Part shown: positions 27,501 to 35,386 of the stretch, piece by piece
How positions within the stretch are numbered: the first letter of the stretch is position 1
How the letters are laid out: the number at the start of each line of letters is the position of its first letter
Assembly: GCA_947453415.1 (NCBI GenBank)
Contig: CANGGG010000007.1
Coordinates: 866-64,865 of the forward strand
Direction: 5' to 3'
Source of the DNA: Bacteroidota bacterium
Lineage (GTDB): Bacteria > Bacteroidota > Bacteroidia > UKL13-3
Length of the DNA: 64,000 nt
Program-made: the position numbers and the translations under genes
The notes under the pieces: model-generated
The model's input: only the letters and a program-made list of their open reading frames with translations
Told to the model about the DNA's origin: nothing
Databases searched by the model: none

Positions 27501-27834
27501 GTCTTTCAATTTATTCAAAGGATTATTGAGCAGAATAAATCGTGAGGTTTTAGGAATGCTATTCAAAGGACATATTATGGTAGGTGATAACAATCAAAAT
27601 ATAAAAACTACTCAGCAATTACCTAAAAAAGTTCCTGCACCAAAATTACAAACTAGTAGAACAGATGACATAGCCGAAGCGCAACAAAGAGCTATGCAAA
27701 ATGCAGGAGAGCCAATAATTGACAAACCAAAACAACAGCAAGTTTATGCTGATGCAAAAGTTGGCAGAAACGATTTATGCCCATGTGGAAGTGGTAAGAA
27801 ATTTAAACAATGTCACGGAAAAGAAGGTGTTTAA
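24505..27834 (+). CDS. secA: preprotein translocase ATPase SecA
   Basis: 1109 aa from ATG 24505 (MLNALLKKLFGNKSDRDLK). Walker A MGTGEGKT, DEVDSVLVDDARTPLIISG, and C-terminal zinc finger CPCGSGKKFKQCHG. Confidence 0.97.
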   Translation: MLNALLKKLFGNKSDRDLKPIYPIVAQITEEYAKLQSITDDELRNKTAEFKAYIKSELTEIDAKIAALLAETEVDEIDLLDKDDLFKQIDKLKKDRDVQIEKALNEILPQAFAVVKETAHRLTENKQLVVTASQFDRDLAAQTKPVKPVTIQGDKAIYSNTWDAAGNKVVWNMVHYDVQLIGGIVLHSGKISEMGTGEGKTLVSTLPAYLNALAGEGVHIVTVNDYLARRDSEWNAPLFEFHGLRVDCIDYHQPNTEARRLAYLADITYGTNNEFGFDYLRDNMAREKEELVQRKHHFAMVDEVDSVLVDDARTPLIISGPVPKGDDQQFFALKPRIEKLVNAQKQVFNMALSDAKRLIAAGDEKNGGFKLLQAQRAMPKNSALIKYLGEQGIKQILTKTESYYLQDQQKEMHKVDADLYFVIDEKVNSIDLVEKGTELITANGEDPQFFIIPDVGSAIAQIENKEGISADQKAEEKEQLMLDFSIKSERIHTVNQLLKAYCMFDKDVEYILSDGKVKIVDEQTGRVLDGRRYSDGLHQAIEAKENVKVEAATQTYATVTLQNFFRMYHKLCGMTGTAETEAGELWQIYKLDVVVIPSNRAIARKDENDIIYKTKREKYNAVIDDIVKLSEAGRPTLVGTTSVEVSELLSRMLTMRKLKHNVLNAKQNQREAEVIAEAGQKGAVTIATNMAGRGTDIKLGEGVKDAGGLAIIGTERHESRRVDRQLRGRAGRQGDPGSSRFYISLEDDLMRLFGSERIAKVMDRLGMKEGENIEHSMITKNIENAQRKVEQNNFGTRKRLLEYDDVMNSQREVIYAKRRSALYGDKLELDLSNMLHDLCYELVETYQEMKSFSEFKLETLRLLTHEVKLTEDEFSGNTEVVVDLLMEELNDHYKSKLAHMATQAFPVFNQINNENKVQQHEMIVVPITDGLRNIQLPVNIKDAVANQGKEVAKVFEKFATLWIIDDEWKEHLREMDDLKQSSQNAVFEQKDPLLIYKLESFNLFKGLLSRINREVLGMLFKGHIMVGDNNQNIKTTQQLPKKVPAPKLQTSRTDDIAEAQQRAMQNAGEPIIDKPKQQQVYADAKVGRNDLCPCGSGKKFKQCHGKEGV

Positions 27835-27873
27835 TAGGTTATATACCTTTAATAAGCTTAAAAAAATAAAAAA

Positions 27874-28536
27874 ATGGAGTTAGCTAAACGAATAGAGCAT
27901 ACAAATTTAAAACCTGATTGTACAAAGGAAGAAATTATTCAACTTTGTAATGAGGCAATAACGCATGGTTTTTATGGTATTTGTATTTCACCATATTTTG
28001 TTCAATTAGCAAAGAAATCCATTGTAAAAAAAGCCATAAAAATTATCACCGTTGTGGGTTTTCCATTAGGATATTCAACAGTTGGAGCCAAAGTAGAAGA
28101 AGCAAAAAAAGCAATTATTAGTGGTGCTGATGAGATAGATATGGTAATGAATATTGCTGCTTTTAAAAGTGGTGATATGCAAACTGTTCAAAACGATATT
28201 CAATCAGTTGTAACAGTTTGTCATTTACAAAATAAGAAAGTAAAAGTAATCATTGAAACAGCTTATTTATCTGATGAGGAAATTATTAGGGCATGTAAAG
28301 TGTGTGTAGATTGTGAAGTTGATTTTGTGAAAACATCAACTGGTTTTGCAAGTATTGGAGCGGAGCCAAGAACGGTAAAACTAATGAGAGCAAATTTGCC
28401 TAGTAAAATAAAAATAAAAGCTGCTGGGGGAATAAAAACTAATAAACAAGCTTTAGAGTTATTATTAGCAGGAGCCGATGTCTTGGGTTGTTCAAATAGT
28501 TTGAAAATTATTGAAGAAAATAATGAAAACAATTAA
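27874..28536 (+). CDS. deoC: deoxyribose-phosphate aldolase
   Basis: 220 aa. IEHTNLKPD, the Schiff-base lysine context DFVKTSTGF, and IKAAGGI. Confidence 0.92.
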   Translation: MELAKRIEHTNLKPDCTKEEIIQLCNEAITHGFYGICISPYFVQLAKKSIVKKAIKIITVVGFPLGYSTVGAKVEEAKKAIISGADEIDMVMNIAAFKSGDMQTVQNDIQSVVTVCHLQNKKVKVIIETAYLSDEEIIRACKVCVDCEVDFVKTSTGFASIGAEPRTVKLMRANLPSKIKIKAAGGIKTNKQALELLLAGADVLGCSNSLKIIEENNENN

Positions 28537-28927
28537 TTTTATATCGTTTATTACATGCTGTTTTGTGTTAAATTTAAATGCTATTTCACAAAATATTGGT
28601 GCTGTTAAAATAAAAGGGGACAATATTTATTTAGATAGTTTAATTGATAAAAATATTGCCAAGAATAATATTAACAGAACTATTTCTGGATTTAGAATTC
28701 AATTGTTTTCAGGCAATGAACGCATCAATGCAAATAATATAAAGACAAAGTTTTTAAGATTGTTTCCTGAACAAACAGCTTATTTATCATACCAACAACC
28801 ATATTTTAAAATTAGAGTGGGGGACTTCAGGTCAAAATTGGAAGCAAAACTTTTTTACAATAAAATAAAAGATGAATTTAGTGAAAGTATTATTATTCAA
28901 GACAAAATAAACCTCCCTAAACTATAA
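28511..28927 (+). CDS. SPOR domain-containing protein
   Basis: 138 aa with a signal peptide. SPOR-like GFRIQLFSGNE...YFKIRVGDFRSKLEAKLFYNKIK. The start may be the second ATG at 28523. Overlaps the deoC 3' end. Confidence 0.75.
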   Translation: MKKIMKTINFISFITCCFVLNLNAISQNIGAVKIKGDNIYLDSLIDKNIAKNNINRTISGFRIQLFSGNERINANNIKTKFLRLFPEQTAYLSYQQPYFKIRVGDFRSKLEAKLFYNKIKDEFSESIIIQDKINLPKL

Positions 28928-28942
28928 ATTAATTTATAAATC

Positions 28943-28979
28943 AAAAAAGCCAAACTTATAATATGAGTTTGGCTTTTTT
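28943..28979. terminator. bidirectional rho-independent terminator
   Basis: 9-bp stem agccaaact/agtttggct flanked by A6 and T6. It sits between the convergent SPOR gene and the LysM transglycosylase gene. Confidence 0.8.
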
Positions 28980-29001
28980 GATGATAAAATTTGAAAGCTA
29001 A

Positions 29002-30303
29002 TTAATCTTTTCTTTTTAATTTTTTCTTTAGTTTGGTAGTCATTTTGTTGATGCGTTTGTAGTAACCAGTTTTGTTTGCCACAACGTAAATAGTAAGCTT
29101 TTTACCCTTTTGAACATTGTTACTCTTCAGTTTATTCCAATGTTTAATATCGGCATTACTGCAATCAAACCAATCGGCTATATCACTTAACACATCACCG
29201 CGTTTAACAACATAAAACACCTTAGCTAATTTCTGACTTTTTGGTTCAGGTTCAATTTCTATTTTATCTTTTTTAGAATTTGTGTTTTTATTATTGGGAG
29301 TAACAACATCTTGAACATTTTCTGTAACCACACTTGTGTGGTCTTGTGGCTCTTCTTTTTGAATGATTATTGGAGCAACATCAGTATTAATAGGCTTATA
29401 AACACTGTCGTTTAGTAAGTAAAATAACTTCGATTTATTTTTAGGAATTTTTATATAATAACCATCAGCACTCATTGGAATTACATCTTTTTTAAACATT
29501 GGATTTAGCTTACGTAATTCGTCTAAATCAATGCTAAGCGTATTGGCAATTTGAGTTAACGAAAGCCATTTATTTACCAAAACACTATCACTTTCATAAA
29601 CCAAATCAGGAGCTGTAGTTTTTATTCCATGTTCTTTATAATAATTTAAAATATAAGTAGCAGCTACAAATTGAGGATATAAATCGCGGCAATTAGTAGG
29701 TAAATAATTAAAAATATCCCAATAATACAGGCTGTTTCCAGCCATTCTAATTGATTTATTCATAGAAATTGGCGAACAACCATAAGCACCAATCACCAAA
29801 GGCCATTGCTTATAAATGCTGTATAAATCTTTAAAATGCTGCGCAAATACTGCAGATGATTTATTGATATCTCTGCGTTCATCTACGTAAGTATTTACTT
29901 TTAACTTATACATTTTTGAAACCGTGTAACTCATGGTCCAAATTCCGCTTGCTCCATTTGCATTTGAAAAAGTTGGATTCAATTCTGAGGATGAAACTGC
30001 CAAATATTTTAAATCTGTTGGTAAACCTTTTGCGCGCAAATGTTTCTCTAAAATTGGGAAATAGTATTTGCTTAAAGCAATTAAATCGCGGGTTTTAGCA
30101 GGATTTTGAATATAAAATTCAATGTGTTTTTTTACCTCTGGATTATATATTAATTCAGTTTGCGAGCGCAATGCTGCCAAACGTTGAGCATAAACTTGGT
30201 CTTGAGCAAATATTTGAAATGGCATTGCAAACAACATCAAAATGGCAATGATTTTTGCAGTTTTGTTTTGCAATTTATATAATTGGATAGGGGTTAAATT
30301 CAT
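29002..30303 (-). CDS. membrane-bound lytic murein transglycosylase D-like protein (SLT plus LysM domains)
   Basis: 433 aa with a signal peptide. SLT region LAVSSSELNPTFSNANGASGIWTM. LysM-like units LSLTQIANTLSIDLDELRKLNP and YVVKRGDVLSDIADWFDCSNADIKHWNKL. Confidence 0.85.
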   Translation of the reverse strand: MNLTPIQLYKLQNKTAKIIAILMLFAMPFQIFAQDQVYAQRLAALRSQTELIYNPEVKKHIEFYIQNPAKTRDLIALSKYYFPILEKHLRAKGLPTDLKYLAVSSSELNPTFSNANGASGIWTMSYTVSKMYKLKVNTYVDERRDINKSSAVFAQHFKDLYSIYKQWPLVIGAYGCSPISMNKSIRMAGNSLYYWDIFNYLPTNCRDLYPQFVAATYILNYYKEHGIKTTAPDLVYESDSVLVNKWLSLTQIANTLSIDLDELRKLNPMFKKDVIPMSADGYYIKIPKNKSKLFYLLNDSVYKPINTDVAPIIIQKEEPQDHTSVVTENVQDVVTPNNKNTNSKKDKIEIEPEPKSQKLAKVFYVVKRGDVLSDIADWFDCSNADIKHWNKLKSNNVQKGKKLTIYVVANKTGYYKRINKMTTKLKKKLKRKD

Positions 30304-30398
30304 TTTATAAAATTATAAACGAGGTAGTACTTGTATTTATTGCAAGTGTAACTTAAAAAAAGAAAGAAAATATAAGAAGTAATTAAGTTGTAAACATC

Positions 30399-31820
30399 TT
30401 AATTGGCATTTGGTCTTATATTTTTGACCATTTCCAGAAGCTTTGCTTCCTCTTTATGATTTGCCATTAATTGCATTCCAATTGGCATATTTTCATGATC
30501 GGTTCCGTAAGGAAATGAAATAGCAGGAATACCAACTATATTAGCATGAACGGTAAAAATATCGGCTAAATACATTTGGATTGGATCGTTGCTTTTTTCT
30601 CCAATTTTAAATGCTGTAGTTGGTGTAGTTGGCGATAATATAAAGTCGTAATTTTCAAATATTTCAGCAGTTTTATTGGCTACAACTCTTCTTACTTTTT
30701 GGGCTTTGGTGTAATATGCATCGTAATACCCAGAGCTTAATACAAAAGTTCCAAGCATAATTCTTCGTTTTACTTCTGGTCCAAAACCTTCGGAACGAGA
30801 CATGCGAATGGTTGATTCAATATCTACCGCATTTTTGCTCCGTAAACCATAATGCATTCCTGCAAAACGCGATAAATTGCTGGAAGCTTCAGCAGTTGTT
30901 AAAGTATAATAAACAGGAATTACATAGCTTAATTCAGGAAAACTAATAGCATCTACTTGATGACCTTCAGTTCTTAATTTTTCTATTAAATTTAGTGTTG
31001 CTTGCCTAACTTCTGGCTGCACACCTTCCATGTCAAGTGTTTCTTGAATATATGCTATTCTTTGTTTTTTAGGCAAGTCAAATGTAAAATCGTTTAAATC
31101 TTCTTGAATTGCGGTAGCATCAAAGTCATCTTTTCCAGCCATAACAGAAAGCAACAATTTTGCATCTTCTGAACTTTTAGTAATGGTTCCAATAATATCA
31201 AAACTACTGGCATAAGCTATTAAGCCCCAGCGCGAAATACGTCCATAAGTTGGTTTGAAACCATAAGTTCCAGTAAATGCACCTGGCTGACGAATAGAAC
31301 CTCCGGTATCGCTACCTAAAGCTGCATGGCAAAGTTGCGCTTGAACCGAAACAGCCGACCCGCCTGAACTTCCACCCGGAACTTTTGAATTATCCATATC
31401 GTTTAAAACATTTCCGAAAGCAGAATTTTCGTTAGAAGCGCCCATGGCAAATTCATCGCAGTTTAAGCGACCAATAATAATGGCATCTTCTGCTAATAAT
31501 CGTTCAACTGCAGTTGCAGAATAAAGCGATATAAAATTTTCAATTATTTTTGAAGAAGCAGAAACTTTGTGGTCTTTATAACAAATATTATCTTTTATTC
31601 CAATGACCATTCCTGCTAATTTGCCAGCAGTTCCATTTGCTATTTTCTTGTCTATATTTTGTGCTGCGGCAATGGCTTCATCGCTCCAAACTTCCAAAAA
31701 AGCATTCAAGTGTTTTTTGTTTGCTATGTTTTGTAAATATTGGTTTACAATGGCTTCAACATTGATAGTTTTACTAGCCAAGGCTTGGCTTATTTGAGCA
31801 TATGAAATATAGTTTTCCAA
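30399..31820 (-). CDS. gatA: Asp-tRNA(Asn)/Glu-tRNA(Gln) amidotransferase subunit A
   Basis: Amidase signature GGSSGGSAVSV...GSDTGGSIRQP. I prefer TTG 31820 (LENYISYAQISQAL...), because the track start TTG 31868 lies inside the tatA terminator T-run. The start is uncertain. Confidence 0.9.
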   Translation of the reverse strand: MENYISYAQISQALASKTINVEAIVNQYLQNIANKKHLNAFLEVWSDEAIAAAQNIDKKIANGTAGKLAGMVIGIKDNICYKDHKVSASSKIIENFISLYSATAVERLLAEDAIIIGRLNCDEFAMGASNENSAFGNVLNDMDNSKVPGGSSGGSAVSVQAQLCHAALGSDTGGSIRQPGAFTGTYGFKPTYGRISRWGLIAYASSFDIIGTITKSSEDAKLLLSVMAGKDDFDATAIQEDLNDFTFDLPKKQRIAYIQETLDMEGVQPEVRQATLNLIEKLRTEGHQVDAISFPELSYVIPVYYTLTTAEASSNLSRFAGMHYGLRSKNAVDIESTIRMSRSEGFGPEVKRRIMLGTFVLSSGYYDAYYTKAQKVRRVVANKTAEIFENYDFILSPTTPTTAFKIGEKSNDPIQMYLADIFTVHANIVGIPAISFPYGTDHENMPIGMQLMANHKEEAKLLEMVKNIRPNAN

Positions 31821-31865
31821 GTATTTTTCTGGTTTTTTATTGCTAAAAAAGCAATGATAATTAAA

Positions 31866-31896
31866 CAAAAAAATTCCTCTAAACCTAGAGGAATTT
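31866..31896 (-). terminator. rho-independent terminator of tatA
   Basis: Stem attcctct/agaggaat, loop aaacct, then T-run on the minus strand. Confidence 0.75.
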
Positions 31897-31930
31897 CGAA
31901 TTGAAATATTTTAAAAAATTACTGAAAAAA

Positions 31931-32122
31931 TTATTCAGCGTCTTTTTTATCTTTAGTTTTCATGCCGTCTTCTATTTGGTCTTTTACACTTTTTTTTGCA
32001 TCGTTAAATTCACGCATACCTTGACCAATTCCACGCATTAATTCAGGAATCTTTTTACCACCAAACAATAGTAAAATAGCTAATCCTATTAATATCATTT
32101 CTGTACCACCTAATCCAAACAT
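31931..32122 (-). CDS. tatA: twin-arginine translocase TatA/TatE family subunit
   Basis: 63 aa. MFGLGGTEMILIGLAILLLFGGKKIPELMRGIGQGMREF is canonical. Confidence 0.93.
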   Translation of the reverse strand: MFGLGGTEMILIGLAILLLFGGKKIPELMRGIGQGMREFNDAKKSVKDQIEDGMKTKDKKDAE

Positions 32123-32207
32123 AATTTTATTATTTTATTAATGGCAAATGTAACCATTAATTTTTATTTTGAAAATATTTTTTATCAGTTAGTTAAGTGT
32201 TTTACAT

Positions 32208-32234
32208 CTGCTTGCTGGCAACTGGCTGCTGGCC
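32208..32234. repeat. intergenic word element, gctggcaactggc class
   Basis: ctgcttgctggcaactggctgctggcc. The core tgctggcaactggc is identical to 7661-7674. Confidence 0.8.
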
Positions 32235-32317
32235 GATTTAACTGAGCAGTTTTTTACTAATTGGCTATCAATATTTCCCATATATTTCGCTGAATAACAC
32301 AGAAAATTTCACTTTTT

Positions 32318-32350
32318 ACCGATGCCTTAACTTGAAGTGAAGGCATCGGT
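32318..32350. repeat. isolated perfect 11-bp-stem hairpin
   Basis: accgatgcctt-(11 nt)-aaggcatcggt, between the dgt stop and the tatA start. No U-tract on the minus (transcribed) strand. Confidence 0.8.
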
Positions 32351-32418
32351 TTGTAAACTAATAAATCAAACATATTAACCAATCAACTCTTCAACCAATC
32401 AACCTTTTCAAACCCAAC

Positions 32419-33774
32419 CTAACCCAACTGAATTCCCTTCAACTTCCTGTAAAAACCAATGGCAGCGTTGTCGGTCATGCCCGAAATAAATTCGCAAATT
32501 TTCATTACTCTATTATATAAATCAGGGTTTGGAATTTTATTTTTACCTATAAATTGTTCTGGAATCAATTCAATTACTTTTTTACTTTGGTAAAATATTT
32601 TTGAATTGTCTAAATGAGCTTCGTGGTGTTGGTTTAAAGCTTTAATGCAAATATGCAACAAGCCACTGATTACCTCAAAACCAGCAGCTTCTATTTCTAA
32701 AACCACTCTATTTCTATACACTTTTTCTTTGGTAATGGTTTTTATTTTTTCTATTAAATGAATTTTACTGCTCAGTTTTATCAGCGATTTATCAAAAGTT
32801 CCATTTAAAATTGCTTCCTCATTTTGCATAAAAATAACTGCTAATTCATTGGTAAGGCTATCAATTGCTGAGGCACGCAAAAAACCTATTTGACCTTCTA
32901 AAGTTAATTGTTCAAATTTATTTTCATCAAAAAACTCCACAAAAGGAATCAATAATTCTTTGGCGTAATTCAAGTCAATCCACTTTAAGTTTAAACCATC
33001 TTCAAAGTCAATAATGCTGTAACAAATATCATCGGCTGCTTCCACCAAAAACGCCAATGGATAACGACACCAGTTCAAATTTCCATCATTACGAAGGTTG
33101 AGCAAACCTAATTTTTGAGCTACATCGGTAAAATAGGAAACCTCACTTTGAAAGAATCCAAACTTTTTTTCGCATACTTTTTTATCGGAATAATTGGGCA
33201 AACTTTCTTTTGGATATTTGCTAAAAGCCGCCAAAGTAGGGTAAGTTAATCGCAAACCTTTTTCATTACCGCTGTAGTTACAAAGTATTTTAAAACCATT
33301 GGCATTGCCTTCAAAATTGGTTAAATCTTCCCATTGTTTGGGATTATTTATTTCTTTTTCCAATTCCTTTCCTTTTCCGTTTAGGAAATATTCACGAATG
33401 GCATCTTCACCACTGTGGCCAAAAGGAGGATTTCCAATATCGTGCGATAGACAAGCGGCAGCCACAATGCAACCTATATCGTAACTGCTTAATTCGTTTT
33501 GTAATTCAGGATATTTTAGCAATAATGCTTCCGCCACTTTTCGTCCTAAACTGCGTCCCACACTCGAAGTTTCTAAACTATGAGTAAGTCGGTTATGAAC
33601 AAAATCGTTTTCTGGAAGCGGAATTACTTGGGTTTTATCTTGCAGTTTTCTAAATGATTCAGAAAAAACTACTCGGTCAAAATCGCGTTCAAATTCTGTT
33701 CTGCTCGTTCCATTTTCTTGCAGTGTTTGGTTATATCTATAAGGTTTTAAAAGTTGTGGCCAATTCATTGTCAT
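32419..33774 (-). CDS. dgt: dGTP triphosphohydrolase-like HD-domain protein
   Basis: 451 aa. FRKLQDKTQV, the HD motif RLTHSLETSSVGR...LSHDIGNPPFGH, and the C-terminal GMTDNAA. Confidence 0.88.
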   Translation of the reverse strand: MTMNWPQLLKPYRYNQTLQENGTSRTEFERDFDRVVFSESFRKLQDKTQVIPLPENDFVHNRLTHSLETSSVGRSLGRKVAEALLLKYPELQNELSSYDIGCIVAAACLSHDIGNPPFGHSGEDAIREYFLNGKGKELEKEINNPKQWEDLTNFEGNANGFKILCNYSGNEKGLRLTYPTLAAFSKYPKESLPNYSDKKVCEKKFGFFQSEVSYFTDVAQKLGLLNLRNDGNLNWCRYPLAFLVEAADDICYSIIDFEDGLNLKWIDLNYAKELLIPFVEFFDENKFEQLTLEGQIGFLRASAIDSLTNELAVIFMQNEEAILNGTFDKSLIKLSSKIHLIEKIKTITKEKVYRNRVVLEIEAAGFEVISGLLHICIKALNQHHEAHLDNSKIFYQSKKVIELIPEQFIGKNKIPNPDLYNRVMKICEFISGMTDNAAIGFYRKLKGIQLG

Positions 33775-33834
33775 GTTGCAAATATATTAAACCATGTGGT
33801 TTACAATAGCTTTTTATTCAATAAGCTTGAACCT

Positions 33835-33897
33835 CATTGCAAGGAACGAAGCAATCCCTTTGTTGTTCTTGAGATTGCTTCGTTCCTCGCAATGACG
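33835..33897. repeat. palindromic word element, cattgcgaggaacgaagcaatc class
   Basis: 22-nt arms cattgcaaggaacgaagcaatc / gattgcttcgttcctcgcaatg (1 mismatch) with a 16-nt loop, then acg. Confidence 0.9.
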
Positions 33898-33931
33898 ACC
33901 ATTTTGGTTGATTGTAGCTTAACGAAAGTTT

Positions 33932-34615
33932 TCAAGTATTCACTATTAAAACCTTGTTTTTATTGGAAATAGGAAATGTTTTTACTTCACAATTCAATCC
34001 TTTGTTTTGATAAAAACCCAATAATTTTTGAGTTTGGTTTTCTTGATCTTTGTTGTTACAAATGGTATTTATAATAATGGTTCCATGCGGACACATTTGC
34101 AATAATTGCTCGTTAAAAGCTGCATCGTATATTTTATCAACTGCTTTATTGTCTTCAAATAAATCAACAATTATTAAGTCAAACGTATTTTTATCGGCTT
34201 GTTCAGCAGCATAAATAAATGCATCTTCTGTAATTACATCTAGGTTATTGAATAGCTGTAAATCAAAATATTTTTGGGCAATTTGCACCATTATTTCATC
34301 GTATTCTACCGCAGTAATATGACCTTGAATTTTCAGTTCATTTTTTAAAATATGAACAATGCTTCCTCCACCTAATCCAAAGCATAAAATTTTATTGGGC
34401 GGATTTTTTTCAATTTGCAAATAAGAAAAAACAGCTTGGAACAAAAAATGCAAACCATCGAACGATTGATTAGCATTTCGTGTATTTACCATTAGTTTTC
34501 CTTCCAACATCACTACATTTATTTTCCCGTTTTTTTTACTATCAAAACTTTCAATAACGGTGTCGAAAAGGTAACTGCTTAAGTATTTTATTTTACTGCT
34601 TTTTGGTGCGGACAT
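33932..34615 (-). CDS. spermidine-synthase-like class I SAM-dependent methyltransferase
   Basis: 227 aa. Motif I ILCFGLGGGSIVH, then ITAVEYDEIM and LIIVDLFED. Confidence 0.65.
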   Translation of the reverse strand: MSAPKSSKIKYLSSYLFDTVIESFDSKKNGKINVVMLEGKLMVNTRNANQSFDGLHFLFQAVFSYLQIEKNPPNKILCFGLGGGSIVHILKNELKIQGHITAVEYDEIMVQIAQKYFDLQLFNNLDVITEDAFIYAAEQADKNTFDLIIVDLFEDNKAVDKIYDAAFNEQLLQMCPHGTIIINTICNNKDQENQTQKLLGFYQNKGLNCEVKTFPISNKNKVLIVNT

Positions 34616-34628
34616 GATGGTTCAAAAT

Positions 34629-34668
34629 AAAGAATTTTAGTTGAATATTTTTAGGATGAAATTATTTG
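34629..34668. repeat. direct repeat copy 1 (about 40 bp) flanking TA cassette 2
   Basis: aaagaattttagttgaatatttttaggatgaaattatttg versus 35326-35366 (2 substitutions plus a 1-nt indel). Confidence 0.85.
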
Positions 34669-34729
34669 ATAGTTATAACTGGTAAATAAATGAAAAATTT
34701 AATCCATCTGATTTTAAAAAATAAACATA

Positions 34730-34737
34730 TATATTTG
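34730..34737 (+). promoter_or_regulatory. putative -7 box TATATTTG of TA cassette 2
   Basis: Exact TAnnTTTG match 16 nt upstream of the antitoxin ATG 34754. Confidence 0.5.
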
Positions 34738-34753
34738 AAAAAACTTATAAAAT

Positions 34754-34978
34754 ATGAACATTGAAGTAGTAAAATACGAATTGATAAATAAGCTGTTGAG
34801 TACAACAGACGAAAGTCTTTTAGAACAAGTGATGGTTGTTTTTAAAAAGTCGAATAAAAAGAATGAGGGTGTATCAGTTATGCAATACAATAATGAATTG
34901 AAAGCAGCTGAAACCAGGATAGAGAATGGCAAATTTACTACGAATGATGACCTTGAATTAGAAAGTAAAGAATGGTAA
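34754..34978 (+). CDS. putative antitoxin (small acidic addiction-module component)
   Basis: 74 aa, overlapping the toxin gene by 7 nt. The C-terminal ELKAAETRIENGKFTTNDDLELESKEW parallels the cassette-1 antitoxin tail. Confidence 0.65.
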   Translation: MNIEVVKYELINKLLSTTDESLLEQVMVVFKKSNKKNEGVSVMQYNNELKAAETRIENGKFTTNDDLELESKEW

Positions 34979-35283
34979 TCATAAAGAAAAAGAGAATCAT
35001 TCTATGGGATGATGAAGCCAAACTTTATTTTAAACAAGCTATACAATATATAAAACAAGAATCTCCTCAAGGTGCACAAACAGTTAAGCTAGCAATTTTA
35101 GAACATGTAGCTATTCTGAAAAAAAATGCTGGAATTTATGAAGTTGACAAGTTCAAATTTGAAAATGATGGAAGTTACAGGTCAGTAACTGTTTTTAGTT
35201 ATCGCGTTACCTATAAAATTACGGAATCACACATTCTCCTCTTAAGAATTAGGCATACGAGTCAAGACCCAATTATTTATTAA
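34972..35283 (+). CDS. type II toxin, ParE/RelE superfamily
   Basis: 103 aa. ILWDDEAKLYFKQAIQYIKQESPQGA...SYRVTYKITESHILLLRIRHTSQ fits the RelE/ParE fold pattern. Confidence 0.7.
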   Translation: MVIIKKKRIILWDDEAKLYFKQAIQYIKQESPQGAQTVKLAILEHVAILKKNAGIYEVDKFKFENDGSYRSVTVFSYRVTYKITESHILLLRIRHTSQDPIIY

Positions 35284-35325
35284 AATCTGATTCATACTAT
35301 CAAGATGTGAGTGAGTGCAATTAAC

Positions 35326-35366
35326 AAAGAATTTTAGCTCAATATTTTTAGGATGAAATTATCTTG
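35326..35366. repeat. direct repeat copy 2 (about 40 bp) flanking TA cassette 2
   Basis: aaagaattttagctcaatatttttaggatgaaattatcttg. Confidence 0.85.
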
Positions 35367-35386
35367 TTATTATTGCGAGTCATAAA

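Noticed and set aside
31821-31868. TTG 31868 as the gatA start.
   Set aside because: The codon lies within the A/T-run of the tatA terminator hairpin (31866-31896). The extra 16 residues (MFNYHCFFSNKKPEKY) precede the region that matches usual GatA N-termini. TTG 31820 is preferred, but this remains unproven.
32419-33774. The dGTPase-like HD protein as an anti-phage nucleotide-depletion defence gene.
   Set aside because: It sits among housekeeping genes (tatA, gatA) with no neighbouring defence, mobility or restriction genes. It looks like the ordinary chromosomal dgt orthologue common in Bacteroidota.
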